Position numbers and translations under genes: made by a program. A DNA stretch of 64,000 bases from Oculina patagonica (Eukaryota): contig NC_135768.1 in NCBI RefSeq assembly GCF_052425735.1, positions 62,001 to 126,000 of the forward strand, given 5' to 3'. The notes under the pieces are model-generated. The model did not search any database. It was given only the letters and a program-made list of their open reading frames with translations, and was not told the DNA's origin. Each line of letters opens with the position of its first letter. Position 1 is the stretch's first letter. Below are positions 12,408-26,101 of the stretch, in pieces.

Positions 12408-14607
12408 CCAGAGTCCAACAAGTTCCCAACTTCGTGGTCTTTTCTGTGACCTAAACAAAAAGAAAGGAGCAACAAATTCAGTTTAAATTATGAATGTCTT
12501 CTGAAATGATTTCCCAAATTTAAAAAGAAATCTTTCCAATGGTTCTGTACCATGCAAGGACCAAACAAAATTTTTGGCCATTATTTTTAGCAATCTCATT
12601 TAAATATACCTTGCTGGAATATTCTGAAGTGCACACTCCCAGCATCTGCCAGCAAGACAACTGATTTTACTTAAGAGGGCGTCTTTCTTAGAAACACCCA
12701 CTCAATTTCGCGTAAAAAATAATTTTGCCTGAAACTCTGTCAACTGAAAGACTTTACCGAGGTAAGAACTAAAACAGATTTGGTTTGATTTGAAATGATA
12801 TTCTGGCCGCGTTAGAAGCCATAAAATATTTTCCCTTGTCAGCCCCCGTCACAACGTCTCGAAAATTGAAAAAAGGCACTTTTCGTAACACTGTAAAATA
12901 TTTCTTTCGCATCATCTAGCCGCAAATTTTATATCAACTTGCTCATAAACCTTTCTAGTTTTCCAAGAAAGTCACAATTTGCCTCTCAATTCTCCTGAAA
13001 AGGCAAAATGGAGCGTAATATGACCACTACTAATCGCCTTCGAGCGAAGACTGTAAATTGGCTTCGATTTAGAGGCTATTTTTTAAATTTTGGGATCAAC
13101 CTAATACTTCTAGCCTATACAGCCGACTAGAGTAGTCGTTAATCTGCAAATATGTGCAAAATCCCATGTACGTTTTTAATATTTCAAAAGTTGTGACCGT
13201 TTTTATCAGCACATGTACCAGCATTTTCGATTTTTTCGCCTATATTGAAATCGAACTCTCTCGAACAGATTTTGACACACATGCAGCCTACCTGCTTCTC
13301 ATCTCGGTTTATGTCCAACGTTAGACGGTTAACAATCCCCAGATGGCTAAATCCCATAATAACTCCAACAAATTGGTAGGTATTGCCTTCAAAACTTGAG
13401 CACCACGGCATCTATCGAGTCCCTTGTTAGCGAGCGAAAGCCTGAATCCAAGGCTACATTTCGCACTAAATAGCCCATTGAACACCGTTTCAGAGCCGTT
13501 TATCTTCAAGAATCAGTCAAAAGACTCTCTGAGACTGGTATTCAGAGAACATAGCCGCGATTTGAGGTCTGAATTCCGAAGAAACATCACCATTTACAGC
13601 GTACATCTTGACAATATCGAAACTGTGTGATGCTGCTTCCGCAGAGGTCCGCATAAATGGGGAAACCGCTGATCGCTTGTGCCAACAAGGCAATGTGTTT
13701 TTTTTTTAATCAAAATTTGGAAAGCATGCGCAATTTCGAGTTTTAAATAAATCAATCCAATACAAACAGGATGGGCCTTAAGCAAACCGAGGAGCAACGT
13801 TAGAATTTCGCAGAAGGTTAAAGAATACCTTACGGCACGGTTTACACTAGGAGAAAGAACTTGGCGAAAGGCGGACCCTTCCCCGCGCCTCTCTTTTTTA
13901 TTTTTGGAAAAGTTAGAACGAACAAAAACCCAACAATATATGTTTACTTTCACTTTGTACGGAGTAAGACATGGCTCAGTTTGTCTGCGTTTAATACAAA
14001 CTAAGGCCCAAAACTTTAAATCCTTGTTACACTAGGTTTGTACTGGATAGGTCAATTACCTTGCAGGATTTATTTTGGAAGTTCGCTTCTGGCCTGGAGA
14101 ATTTGACGATGGAGGAAAAAACATTAGTGTCACCAATAGGTGTTTAACGCGCTAGAGCGATTGACACTTAAATCAAGTTTACTACTACTACATCAATATT
14201 CACATATTCGAACAACACAGGTATGGAATGCAACAGAAGAAATCGGGACGAGAAACATTGTTTTTTTTTACTTGGCCTAAATTATTACTTGCCATCGCAC
14301 TTATTAGCATTTAATGGGCATATTCCAACACTGTAGTCAACAATGACATGGATTGCATGGTTGATATCTTCGGCCGTCGAATTGGTAGAGACAGCTATTT
14401 CTTTTAACGTGCTGTATGAGCTCATATAATAGATTCTTATATAAGAATTTTTCACTTCATTTGAAAGCCTATGTTAGTGCATCGTATGAACCTCGTTTCT
14501 TCTCGACTGTTTCATAAAAATTTGGGCATGCAACTTGCGAGAATTGTTTGGGCAAATGTCTCACCGCCCCCCCCCCCCCCTGGCAAAAATTGCCCGTACG
14601 CCTATGC

Positions 14608-15045
14608 CCTTCCCAAGTTGCAGTAGACATGCGAAATGCCAAAATCAAAGACAATGAACGTATGTTTACAAGAACAGAGTGGCTGACGAAGAGCCAAATC
14701 CAGCGCTTTTTCTCCCGACTAGCAGCAAAACGTCACAAGGATCAGGGTGTGGTCGGAATGTCACCCGATGACGAGGAAGATGTCCAATGCCTCCAGAAAA
14801 ATTCCGACAGACAAATTCTGGTAGACAAGGTTAATAGAGAAATCAACGTCTCGCATCCCATCTGCTACGACACGTATGACCTCTGTGAGCGTTACCACAG
14901 CAACACGCTTCAAAAATTCAATGTGGTCATGCTGAAAGCCATCTGTAGCCACTTTGAGATGTATGTAAAATCAAAAGAAAAAAAACAACTTCTGATAAAC
15001 AAGAGGACGGATATGATTCGTGAATGTGAATGTGTTTCTGACTAA
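14608..15045 (+). pseudogene. C-terminal remnant of the Sola3 transposase
   Basis: PSQVAVDMRNAK...MFTRTEWLTKSQIQRFFSRLAAKR inside the element; 5' part replaced by unrelated repeats. Confidence 0.6.
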
Positions 15046-15589
15046 ACCATGTTAAACATCCTGTAAGAGTAACAGACAGTCGTTGAGTAGTCTTGGCTCC
15101 ATGCCTTGACATAGCTGTGCTTTTATTACGTTAAGTTCTCTCATCCCTCTCATCAAAAGGCAGGCAGGCTAAGAATACTACATCCTATAAGTGGTTTTCA
15201 CTGTCACGCCGCCAAAAATAAAACCAAAACTATTAAGTAAAAAAAATATTACAGGTTGTAGAAAACTGCTATATAAACTACCGTTACTTGTCCAAGTCTC
15301 AGATCTGTACATTATTCTGTACTCTAGTTATTCGTCAAATTGTTTCACGCAAATTTGAAGAGCACAGACATGTGATCTGGCATTAAATTCTGCTACAAAT
15401 CCGATCACCCTCACGAAAAAGTAAACATTCAAATAAACTCTTCCCGCAAAACCTCAACGCTCAAGTGTTCAGAGTATTAAAAATGGCGAGATGAGGATTT
15501 TTTTTAAGAAAACGCGACAGCCTTCTGGTGGCCATCTTAGGTCTTGTGTGGCGTGAACTCCGAAATTCAAAATGCTATATCTTACAGTC

Positions 15590-15866
15590 GGCCGGACTCC
15601 AGATCGAACTTTCCGCGGTTCGATCCCTGGCCAGGGTTGCTGTATTGTGTTCTTTAGCAAGTCAATTTTCTCTCATAGCGCCTCTACCCACCCGGGTGTA
15701 TAAATGGTTACCGGCGAAATAATTATGTGTGTGTGTGTGGGGGGGGGGGGGGGACTGCGATGGACTAGCATTCCATCTAGGAGGGAGTAGAAAAATTCTT
15801 AGCCGCTTAATGTTATCGAAACCGGGATAAGCTGTGACAGTATGGGCCATTTGGCTCGAGGCTTCG
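15590..15866 (+). mobile_element. tRNA-derived SINE nested in the Sola3 element
   Basis: ggactccagatcg...ggttcgatccctggccaggg (B box) ... cgatggactagcattccatctagg...gggataagct; homologous to 31608-31895. Confidence 0.7.
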
Positions 15867-17075
15867 CTTTTAAAATATATTTATTTATAGGATTGATTTC
15901 TTTAAAACTCGAAATTGCGCATGCTTTCCAAATTTTGATTTTAAAAAATTATAGTGATATTGCCTTGTTGGCACAAGGCGGTCTCCCCATTTATGCGGAC
16001 CTCTGCGGAAGCAGCATCACACAGTATCGATATTGTCAAGATGTACGCTATAAATGGTAATGTTTCTTCGGAATTCAGACCTCAAATTGCGGCTATGTTC
16101 TCTGAATACCAGTCTCAGAGAGTCTTTTGACTGATTCTTGAAGATAAACGGCTCTGAAACGGTGTTCAATGGGCTATTTAGTGCAAAATGTAGCCTTGGA
16201 TTCAGGCTTTCGCCCGCCAACAAGGGACCCGATAGATGCCGTGGTGCTCAAGTTTTGAAGGCAATACCTACCAATTTGCTGGAGTTATTATGGGATTTAG
16301 CAATCTGGGGATAATTAACCGTCTTACGTTTGACATAAACCGAGATGAGAAGCAGGTAGGCTGCATGTGTGTCAAAATCTGCTCGAGAGAGTTCGATTTC
16401 AATATAGGCGAAAAAATCGAAAATGCTGGTACATGTGCTGATAAAAACGGTCACAACTTTTGAAATATTGAAAACGTACATGGGATTTTGCACATATTTG
16501 CAGATTAACGACTACTCTAGTCGTCTGTATAGGCTAGAAGTATTAGGTTGGTCCCAAAATTTAAAAAATAGCCCCTAAATTGAAGCCAATTTACAGCCTT
16601 CGCTCGAAGGCGATTAGTAGTGGTCATATTACGCTCCATTTTGCCTTTTCAGGAGAATTGAGAGGCAAATTGTGACTTTCTTGGAAAACTAGTAAGGTTT
16701 ATGAGCAAATTGATATAAAATTTGCGGCTAGATGATGCGAAAGAAATATTTTACAGTGCTACGAAAAGTACCTATTTTTCAATTTTCGAGACGTTGTGAC
16801 GGGGGTTGACAAGGGAAAATATTTTATGGCTTCTAACGCGGCCAGAATATCATTTCAAATCAAACCAAATCTGTTTTAGTTCTTACCGCGGTAAAGTCTT
16901 TCAGTTGACAGAGTTTCAGGCAAAATTATTTTTTACGCGAAATTGAGTGGGTGTTTCTAAGAAAGACGCCCTCTTAAGCTTTCTTTAAAGAAAATCACTA
17001 TGAAATAAGATGTAGCCCCTGTGTTAAAGTTTTAACTCAATTGACAGCTTAAGCAACCCATTTGCCTCACCACTT

Positions 17076-20000
17076 TTATGAAGATGAAGAATGTTCATCA
17101 TTGTGTTTTCTCTTTCTCTTCTTTGTCTTAGGCTCATCTGTTGCATTGTCATTCACTGTACGTTTTCTCTTCTTTTTCTTCTTTTTGGTCTTTGTTCTTC
17201 GCTGCACATAATTGAAAAAAAAAATTAACAACAGGAAGGGGTATATAGGTAACTTATGGTGTAGAACACCCCTGCAGAGCCACAGTACACCCACTAATTA
17301 AAATGTCGTGGATAAAATGAAGTATGCAAGCAGTAATCCATGTAATATTTACACTCTGGGAATGACTACCACATTTTTTAGTATATCAATTGTCAATATC
17401 TTTTCATTGTAACTATTCTGACCAACAATTGCTTTAGACATATTTAAACACATTTTATTTGTTTAAGTTTCCTGTCTCACCCCCAAACACTATGGTAACT
17501 AATGAGAATCAATCTGTCAAAATTCTCACCTTGTATTCTTCCTCAGATTCACTGTTGTCAGAAGTTGAAGTTGATGATGAAGATGAAGAAGGACGCTTAA
17601 AACAAAGCAAAGGAAATAAGCTCTGTTTAGTTTTATTAAGACATTTTGTTAGCAACGTCTTAAATGATGCAGACTAACCACTTATGCACTTGCATTGCAT
17701 CCAGAAAGATTGGGGGTGGAAGGAGGGGGTGGAAACCCATGGTCGACTAACAGCCCATCCAGGGGGGAGGGTGGGGTGAGGGCCGAGGGTAGCCTGCAGT
17801 GGACTAGCAGGAGGCAAAGCAATGACTCATTTTTATGATAAACAAAAAAATTCACTTTGCCACCAACACAGATGAGGAACCAAACAGAGACATGTACAAC
17901 CAGCAACAGTAGCTCACCCTTCTCTTTTTACGCTTGCTTGACTTCTTTTTCTGAAAATAAATATCAAGCAAAATGTAATCAAAATATACTAATGAACGAA
18001 GCCAAGGCAGAAGCAACACCGAAAAAGTAATGATAATTGTAAACCATAGTATAATTTTAATAATTTACAGTAATGTTAGAAAAACACAAATATCTCAAAG
18101 TACAGCTTGTGATGCTTATTCAACACATGTACCTCTTTTCTCTTTGTCTTTGAAGAACCTTCTGAGGTACCCAGTACTTTTTCTCTGTTTTTCTTTAGCT
18201 CACTTCTAAATTTCTGAGAATCAATATGAAGTTAATTAATAAATAAGTTAATTATCAACCCTAATAGCCAATGAGCATGGTTCAGATTTAAACAAAAGTC
18301 TTGTCCAGTCATCCTGAGAAATAACTTTTCTTGCCAGACAAGTAATGGACAAGAGCCCAGACATGTCATCTGCCACTAAATCACGACTTTACAAAGAAAG
18401 TAAAAGCAATACAAGCATGCAAATGCCCTGGGCAAACAAAAAGTGTCTGAAGAGCCAGCTGGAATTCACCTTTTTTTTAAGCCCTCACGGCTGATGGTTA
18501 TATATAGCCCATTGCCTAATTCTTTGTGCTAAGCTGGTTACCTGGTTTAAATGTTCTTCATATGCAGCTAGTGTCTCTGAGCCTGTCTTCTTTTTGTTGA
18601 TCATTTCTTTCACCTCATCCCTTTCAATCAGAATTTAAGATGAATTTAAAAGAAAATTAGTAAACATTCTCCAATATAAAATATATTAATTAAAGCAATA
18701 TGTACACATGTACACTTTTGAGTGGTAGTCCTGCAGTGTTACACCAACAGCATACCCCAGGATACCAGGGCTGCAAATAACAGTCGGTCATCGGCTGACC
18801 AAAATTTGTTCATGTCTGACGAAATCCCAAGTGTGGTCGGACATGATGTCAGGACAATTTTTTTATCGTAAATCATTTTATGGCAACAATGAATAAAATT
18901 AAACCTTTTGTTTTTAGTGATGTCCGACCAAAATGTTGTTTTGTCCGACCATGATGGTGTCTGGGATACCCACATTAATCAAATTCAGACTTGAGAACGT
19001 ATTCCAATCAACTAGCTATTCAAATCAAAAGGCCTTCCAAGGGGTAAGAGCAACAAGTGACATGACCCTGAATACTAACGTCACAGGAACATTTTAACAA
19101 GGACAAGTGGCATCATTACGGCACTGAAATGCAACAGCGACACAATGCGACAGCAACACAATAGGGGGGGAAATGACAGCGACATTTACAGCTATTGGCT
19201 AGGCAACACTGGTTCTCAGAATAATTTGCAACACGGCTACCCCCTTGGAAGGCCTTAAATCAAGTTAACTGTTTCACATGAAAGAACTACTCGGTGGACT
19301 TCAAAGTTAAGTGTAGTTGCAATTTACCATAGTTTGAGAAAACCTGTGTGTTTAATTATTGAAATTATAAATATATAATCATAATGAATCACTTACAGGG
19401 TTGGTCTATTTCTGTTGAGGTAGTCCCTTATTGTTGGTCCCGATACAGCAGGTCTACTTGCCCGTGCCATGGCTATAGGATTCATACATGCCTGAGAAAA
19501 ATTGTATCATTGAAATGTGAACAGGTGAACACAAAATTGTGTTAAAAGGAAAACACGCACAGTGACGGCGTACTGGGGGTTGAAATAATGCAAGTTACTA
19601 ACTAACAATGTAACCTAGAATTAAGCATATTAACACGAAATTAAATGTGAGCCTCAAGGGCTGGATAATTTACAAAGTGCTTTGCATTATAAAAAGGCAG
19701 CGCACATTAGATCAGACTTTTAAATTTAAGAGCCAGTCTGATTGTCTGTCTATAATCCATTTTATACTAATTAGCCTTCATTAAGGGTTTACAGACAAAT
19801 AACACATGATTTTTATGGCATCTCTGTGCACAGCTGGTGAAATTCAGATTCCATCACCCCAGTAAAGCACAGTTTACAAGAAAGAAGCTAAGTACGGTTC
19901 GTAGTTTTGCAGCTATTAAATTTGAAAATAAAGTTGTAAACGGTATTCATTTTAAATCAACATGTATGATCATTTAACAAGGTAATCTTGTTATCGATGC

Positions 20001-20107
20001 AGGGGTTCTATTTCCATATTGCACAGTTTTATCAGGCATATTATCATCACTACAAACTATTAAGGTAACCTTTTAAACCTTACCACTCGGTTGTCTCTTT
20101 TCCCCAT
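17076..20107 (-). CDS. FAM133: FAM133-like Lys/Ser-rich protein, 7 exons
   Basis: Exons 20107-20084, 19491-19397, 18620-18542, ~18213-18133, 17950-17918, 17595-17530, 17201-17076 give [81 protein letters not shown]..., the FAM133 N-terminal signature. Confidence 0.9.
19029..19256. mobile_element. MITE in a FAM133 intron
   Basis: aaggccttccaaggggta ... tacccccttggaaggcctt flanked by the direct repeat aaatcaa. Confidence 0.7.
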
Positions 20108-20574
20108 TTTCGTTTTACGGCAAATTTAAGTATCAAATGGTTTCAAAATTAGTAATCATACCAGCTGCATTTTCGCTGTGTTGGAATTTCGTTTGACACT
20201 ACATAACGTAATGCTTTCTATGCAACGAAACCGCTAGCATTTTGACAGTCAACTCAAGTACGTTCCAGTCTCTCTCGACTTCGTCACTGGCATTATTTCA
20301 ACCCCAAGTACTAAGTACGCCGTAATTATCACTGTGGGTGTTTTCCTTTTAACCTTAGCGCCCTACTTTAAACCGTGATGAAGGGCGTTGTAAAAATAAA
20401 TTGGAGGGTTTGATAAAATAATTAAAACCCTTCCCGGCTTGCTGGTACATTGGAGGATAACGCCCTTGGCTGAATCGGGAAGCGTACTTACCGGCGCGTG
20501 CGAATTTCAAATTCTGAATGTTGCACTAATGTATATTCAAGTAAACTATTTGGCAACATATTTCTCTTGTTAAA

Positions 20575-20964
20575 TTACTGATAATATTGCATTGCTGAAG
20601 ATTCAAGTCCTTCATCGTTATCAAACACATCTTTTGCCTCGCTTACGTATGTTGAGTGATCTGGCTCTTCGTTCTCTACCTCTCTCTTTCTTTTCTTTTT
20701 TTTTCTTTTTTTCTTCGCTTCTTTTGCCATCACAAAAAGTGCCTTCTTTCTGCCATTCACGTTATTTTCAGACATCTGGAAAAATTATCATCCATTATTT
20801 CTCTTGTATCATCTCATTGAGTTTTATTTCGTTTATTTAAAACAATTTTCTCTCCCGTTCGTGACAATTTTAAAACTATCCTCGATTCCTCTTCTGACTT
20901 CATATAGCGGCTGAGAGAATGGAAGAATGACTATAACCTCCCTTGAGCTACGTTTATATTGCAT
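20575..20964 (-). CDS. Possible small 2-exon ORF (20964-20938, 20775-20575), ~75 aa basic/acidic protein of unknown function
   Basis: ttttttccag-type acceptor directly before MSENNVNGRKK...; NLS-like KKKRKKKKRKR then acidic tail; upstream exon MQYKRSSRE joins in phase 0 through a weak donor. Confidence 0.3.
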
Positions 20965-21514
20965 AATAAAGTGATGTTGTAGAAAAAAAGTCGAAAAAAA
21001 GTAAAAAATCTTTTGGGTCGGCATATACAATGCAACTTATATAAGGGTATATATATAAGTTTCCCACATGCTTTGACGTCGCAAAATAAAGTTAACTTTA
21101 TTTTTTCAGCGTAGGACGGAGGTTTTATTCAGGAAAGTATGATTTGTAAAGACATTGATTGGATCTTTGAGGGGAGTGAAGTTCCACGAAGCTAAAGTTT
21201 ATTTACGGATTCTTGATTCGTAATTCTGTTATTTTTCTGCCATTCAATTGATCTGTTTTGTCGCCATAAACATCTTCAGAAGTCCTTCATGTCGCGTACG
21301 CAATAAAACAATTAATAATTCAATGATATTTAGCATAAAACATCCAATCAAAATTTTCGTCAAAGTCAATCTGCTAAAACGTATGTTTATGCTAGGACAG
21401 ATCGCGTCTAAAAGCTGCGATACTAACGCATTCATTGACTGAAATTCATTTTCAAAGCCGGTCACAACTTTTCAGTGCCCGAGTGGCATATTTCAGAGCA
21501 AAACAACTCGAAAT

Positions 21515-23632
21515 ATGGTTTTTGGAAGCGAATTCCACGAAAAGACAAGACGTCGCGAATTCAAGACAAGCTACAGTGTTGAAAGTTTAACATCAGGAAG
21601 TAGTGATGGGGAATCCTATTCACCGAGATTGCGTCGTGAAAGGAAAAATCAATTACAAAGAGCGAAATCTTTTCATGAAATTATACACGAAATGAGCTCA
21701 AGTACAAAGAAATTAGAAGAAGAAACGTCTGGACTTTTACGCGATATGGTAAGGGTTTCTGTCGCTAACTAAAGGACAACTTTTTAGTGCCACCATAAAC
21801 TAACCTTTACGAAAACAATGCGGTTTTCCTTTGTTAATACATTGCAGAATGAGGAAAATGAAAACAAAAAGAGAGAGAGATTTTGGCCAAAAAATAACCT
21901 GAAAAAATTGATTAACTAGTTAAAAATTGGTTTTATACCAAATAACGGAAAATACATGGAGTATACGTCGCGACCGGCAAAGAGAATTGTGTGGATTTTA
22001 AGGTGCAATGTTTTATATATTTTGAAGCCTACGTGACTAATTAGTCCAGTTGTAATTCTTTTGTCGCTGGCAGCGTTAACTGATGTTTCAAATTAATCGC
22101 CGAATCGTCGAATCGTCCGGTGCAAATATTGCAATTAATTTATTTCTACACACATCACTTCGGCATCAATATAATCAGCCCAAACACTTGACTAATAATC
22201 GCGGGATTAAATATTCTTTTCAGAATTAAGTTTTAATTTCCACCTGTCATGGTAGTAGACTACTGCAGCACCCAGTCAGGTTATTTAGAAATTTCTAATC
22301 GTATTAAGAAAGAGTAATGATTGAAGGCTTAAGGTTGGAAGTACAGTGCTGTAGCTGACAATGTCGCAGTATTAAATCGAGTAGACTGAGGATCAAGCTT
22401 TTTACGACTCGGAAATATTTTTATAGTTAAGGAATTCACGCTGCTTATGAGTGCAGTCTTGTAAACACTAGCTACAGTAGAACCCCGGTAACTCGAACTC
22501 GGATAACTCGAACAACCCCGCTAACTCGAACTTACTTCCATTTCCCTTGGACCCACTTTTCAGTCATTTTTACTCGGTTAACTCGAAAACCCCGCTAACT
22601 CGAACTGTTTTTCGTTTCCCTTCAGAGTTCGAGTTACCGGGGCTCTACTGTATTGTGTGTCTAGTGTTTTAAAAGCTATTTCAAAATTACTATGTATGTA
22701 GGGCAGTCTAAATTTCATTCCAGCTGCCTTATCTAGTCACTAACTCTAAGCTAAGTGATCAGAGCCGGGGGCAACTGAAATTTAGTCTAACTTCGGACCT
22801 GTGAAATCTGCCGAATTAGTCGTCTAATGTTCAGTTTGCCAAGAGAGGATATTAAATCTCATCCTTTCTTGGTCATGTAAGCGGCTTTTTAACTGTTTTG
22901 AATGTTTTTCACATTACTGAGAGAAAAATATTAGAGTTGAAAGTCCTTATCCGTTCCACACCGTGCAATCTGGCTCTCCTTGATCATAAACTAGACCACA
23001 GTGATAGAGAAAAACATAATGTCACGAGTTTTAAAAACAGTATTGGGAGAAAAGACCTCACCCGTCTTATACAAACTGAGTGTAAATGTGACATATGCAG
23101 CTAGCCGTTATACATTTTTAAATTTTTAATTTTTAACTCTTAACTGCAATTTTTATCTTTCACCTACTTTTATAATAAAATTTTATATTCTATTGTAATT
23201 TATTTATTTATTTATTTATTAATCTATGTAGTACGATTCTTCAGTTTTCTTCTTCTTAGTAAGTGTAAATATTTTAACTTTAAATAGCTTAGATATATAA
23301 TAATGTAAATAGTGTCCACAATTAGTTTTTTTTTTTTTAAGCTAAATACTCCAGACACTTTAATAAAGTATTTCATTCATTCATTCATTCAACAATATAA
23401 CATTTTTTTTTCATTAACTGTAGTCATCTGTTTATAGGAAAGTCTTCGTCATCAGAACCTCAGCACCGGCAGACGACTCCAGCGCCTGCAGAAAGTGTCA
23501 GGCGCCATGAAGGAACAGATACAGGCCTTCAGTCCCATGCGGTCAGCAAGCCAAAGACATCTTAACAGCCTCGCAAGTATAAATGAGACAAGAAACTGTT
23601 ACTCGTCAGAAAACCTGCCGGCGGAAACTTGA
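21515..23632 (+). CDS. Uncharacterised protein, 2 exons (21515-21748, 23438-23632), ~142 aa, predicted helical/coiled-coil
   Basis: ATG in good context, donor ATG|GTAAGG, acceptor tttatag|GAA, in-frame join ...LEEETSGLLRDM-ESLRHQNLSTGRRLQRLQKVSGAMKEQIQAF; may instead splice on to the SH3 exons. Confidence 0.6.
22475..22650. mobile_element. pogo/Tigger-like MITE (TA TSD)
   Basis: TA|CAGTAGAACCCCGGTAACTCGAAC ... GTTCGAGTTACCGGGGCTCTACTG|TA; a degenerate one-ended copy ends near 56983. Confidence 0.88.
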
Positions 23633-26101
23633 TGTCCTGACCGTGTCCTGCGCACTGTCGAGCCTCCTCTGCACAGGGGCCTGGAGAACAAGAGACTGGG
23701 GAGGAAGGGAGAGACAATTTGGTTCTCATTCCAACTAAAAAGTGTCGGCTACGAATTTCAATATGAAATGATTTTTTATGTTCGCGCAAAGAAAAAAGCC
23801 GTAATGTTACGATGCCCTATTCGCGCTGTGGTCCATTCGTCCATGTTCCACGTGAACTGTTTTCACGTCATTCATATTTTCGAGTAATAGTTTAGATATT
23901 GATGCAGGATAGATTTTTTTCAATAAGTTGTTTTCTCTGTCCATTTTGTTGTATCATTCAAACATTTTCATCCCATGCAGAAATCGAAGGAACGTTCCCT
24001 TGCTTGCACCTTGTACATGCAGTTATGATGCGTTTAAGCACCTACCAAGGTGCTAATTAAGTGATAATCTTATGCAAACAGATGAAATAAATCATACAGT
24101 GTGAACGTACTGCAATATAATTTAGCAGTTACAAGAGAAAAACACACAAAAGGGTTTGGGGCTTCAGTGGGACTCCGACCCAGGACCCTCGCGATATCAG
24201 TTCCATTTATTAAAGAGCCCCTCCCAGGGGGGGGGCCATAAAATAATTGGTAACATGGAAACAAAAAGGAAAATAAAACTGTAACATGGTAAAAACGCTG
24301 TCTTTCTGATATTTTGGGGGGAACAAGGGAATATGGACCAGCCTTCCCTCCCAGGGAGGAGTTCATGTACCCGGGGTCCAATCTCATCTCTTGAGCCTGG
24401 CGTTTTTGGTCAACGGTGATCAAATTCTTAAACAGTTTTGGAACAAAAAAGTCCATAGCCTCAGGCTTGTTTGTCGCTCATGGGTTGCCTGGGACCAGCC
24501 ACTGACCAAACCAAACAGCCTGTCTCTTTCGCGCCGTACCGTGCGTGATCTTCATCAGACTAAAACAACCGCACGCTTCCTGAATCACTCTACCGGGACA
24601 GCGGTACCACTTTGACATGTGACGTATGCACTTGAATAGGTTACGTGAATCCTTGTTATTATTGGTCCTTTGTTTATCACAAGCTTATTTTTCCGTTTTA
24701 TGGATATTCTCTCAAGATTTACCACTAAAAAGGAAAGTTCTGGGCTACTGCTTAAAGGAAAGGCAAATAATACCCTCTTTGAGAACTTTGCCTACGTATT
24801 GAGTGCACTGGCGCGACACATGAGCAATGTTTATCGGCAGGCTTTTATGTAACAGAACAGTTTAGAATCGTCTATATTGTTATACATGTCAAGCCGCTTT
24901 GATCACCTTCTTTGAACACATTCGGCCATAACGCCTGACCAATATACAATGTTGGTTTCTCAGCTCCGACAGAAAAAAACAAAGACACAGACTGTAAGGA
25001 TAAAATACTTTAAAGTTTCATAGACCTGTTTTTGAGTGGAATGTCAACTTCTAAGGAGCTGTGATATTTGTAAATAAAAAGGCCGACGACTTTGCTCTTA
25101 TCGACATGTTCTTGACCTTTGTTTGCGGAAGGCAAGAGGGAGCTCTCATAGCAGAAGTGTTGCTCTGCTCATTGCTATTTTGAGACATTTTTTTTTTTGT
25201 TAAACCGAAAGACTAACATTACCAAAACAAGCGGCTCTGGAAGCAACCAGGAAAATATATCACATTGATGAGTCGAAATCCTTTTATAGGAAAAGTTCGA
25301 TTTTATTTTTACTCATTTACTTTCCGCTAGTGACCAACTCATAATTTCTCCTTACTACACGCCATACAGTAACAAGCTCACAGGTGAACAAGATCGCAGA
25401 ACTAAAAAAGCTACCAACCGAGAAATATGTCTGTAGTTTTTTTTTTAAAAAAAAAGACACCGAAGTCTAACGTAAGAGTAAACAATCGCGCAGTTAAAAC
25501 AACTGATTTTTTAACATTAAGCTTGGTGCTGATTTTAGGCGTGTTCAGCAACAATATAACAAAGCATTTAATGTGGGTTGTGTATTGTTTGTCTGTTGAA
25601 TCATGTGCTTGCACACTTGTGACCCTCTCAAGAGTTTGACGGTGCGTCAAAACTGATAATTAGCATGTGAAAAGTCCTGAGGTGTTAACGAAAGGTAATT
25701 ATCCCTGCTGGAGCCCTTTCATATAGTGTGAAAACTGTACAGTCTTTAGCTCAGGTGTGTTATTGGACTTCCCTCAGGGATAATTTAAGTGTAATTAATC
25801 ATTGAGTCTCGTGACACATGTACTGCTTGATATTTTGCGACAAGCCAGGCGATATATCACACTGTCAACCCACGGATTCCTTAGACAAGATTTAGCCATG
25901 AAGCGGGGTAAGATTTGTTTTGTATCCTAAAAACAAATATGTCTCTGAGCTTTAGGCGATTCTGTGACTTTCATATTAGTGACATGAGCATTGTTTATCA
26001 AGACAAGCCATCGTTTGACATGTTAAGTCAAGTTATTCAGAAATGTTATAGTGACAAGGAATGACTTTGTTTTGTTTTGTTTTTTCTTTTTTTTTACTCA
26101 G

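Larger units (their letters stand above)
12675..16973. mobile_element. Sola3-type DNA transposon (internally deleted), ~1.09-kb TIRs, TTAA TSD
   Basis: TTAA|GAGGGCGTCTTTC ... GAAAGACGCCCTC|TTAA; TIRs ~12675-13763 and ~15885-16973; GAG...CTC termini, TTAA TSD and very long TIRs are Sola3 hallmarks. Confidence 0.88.

Noticed and set aside
13184-16493. Mirror-image ORF pairs (MPWCSSFEG..., MLA.ESLNPRL...) as duplicated genes
   Set aside because: They lie inside the two Sola3 TIRs and show no recognisable protein motif
12671-16977. piggyBac assignment based on the TTAA TSD
   Set aside because: Termini are GAG...CTC with kb-long TIRs rather than CCY...RGG with short TIRs; fits Sola3
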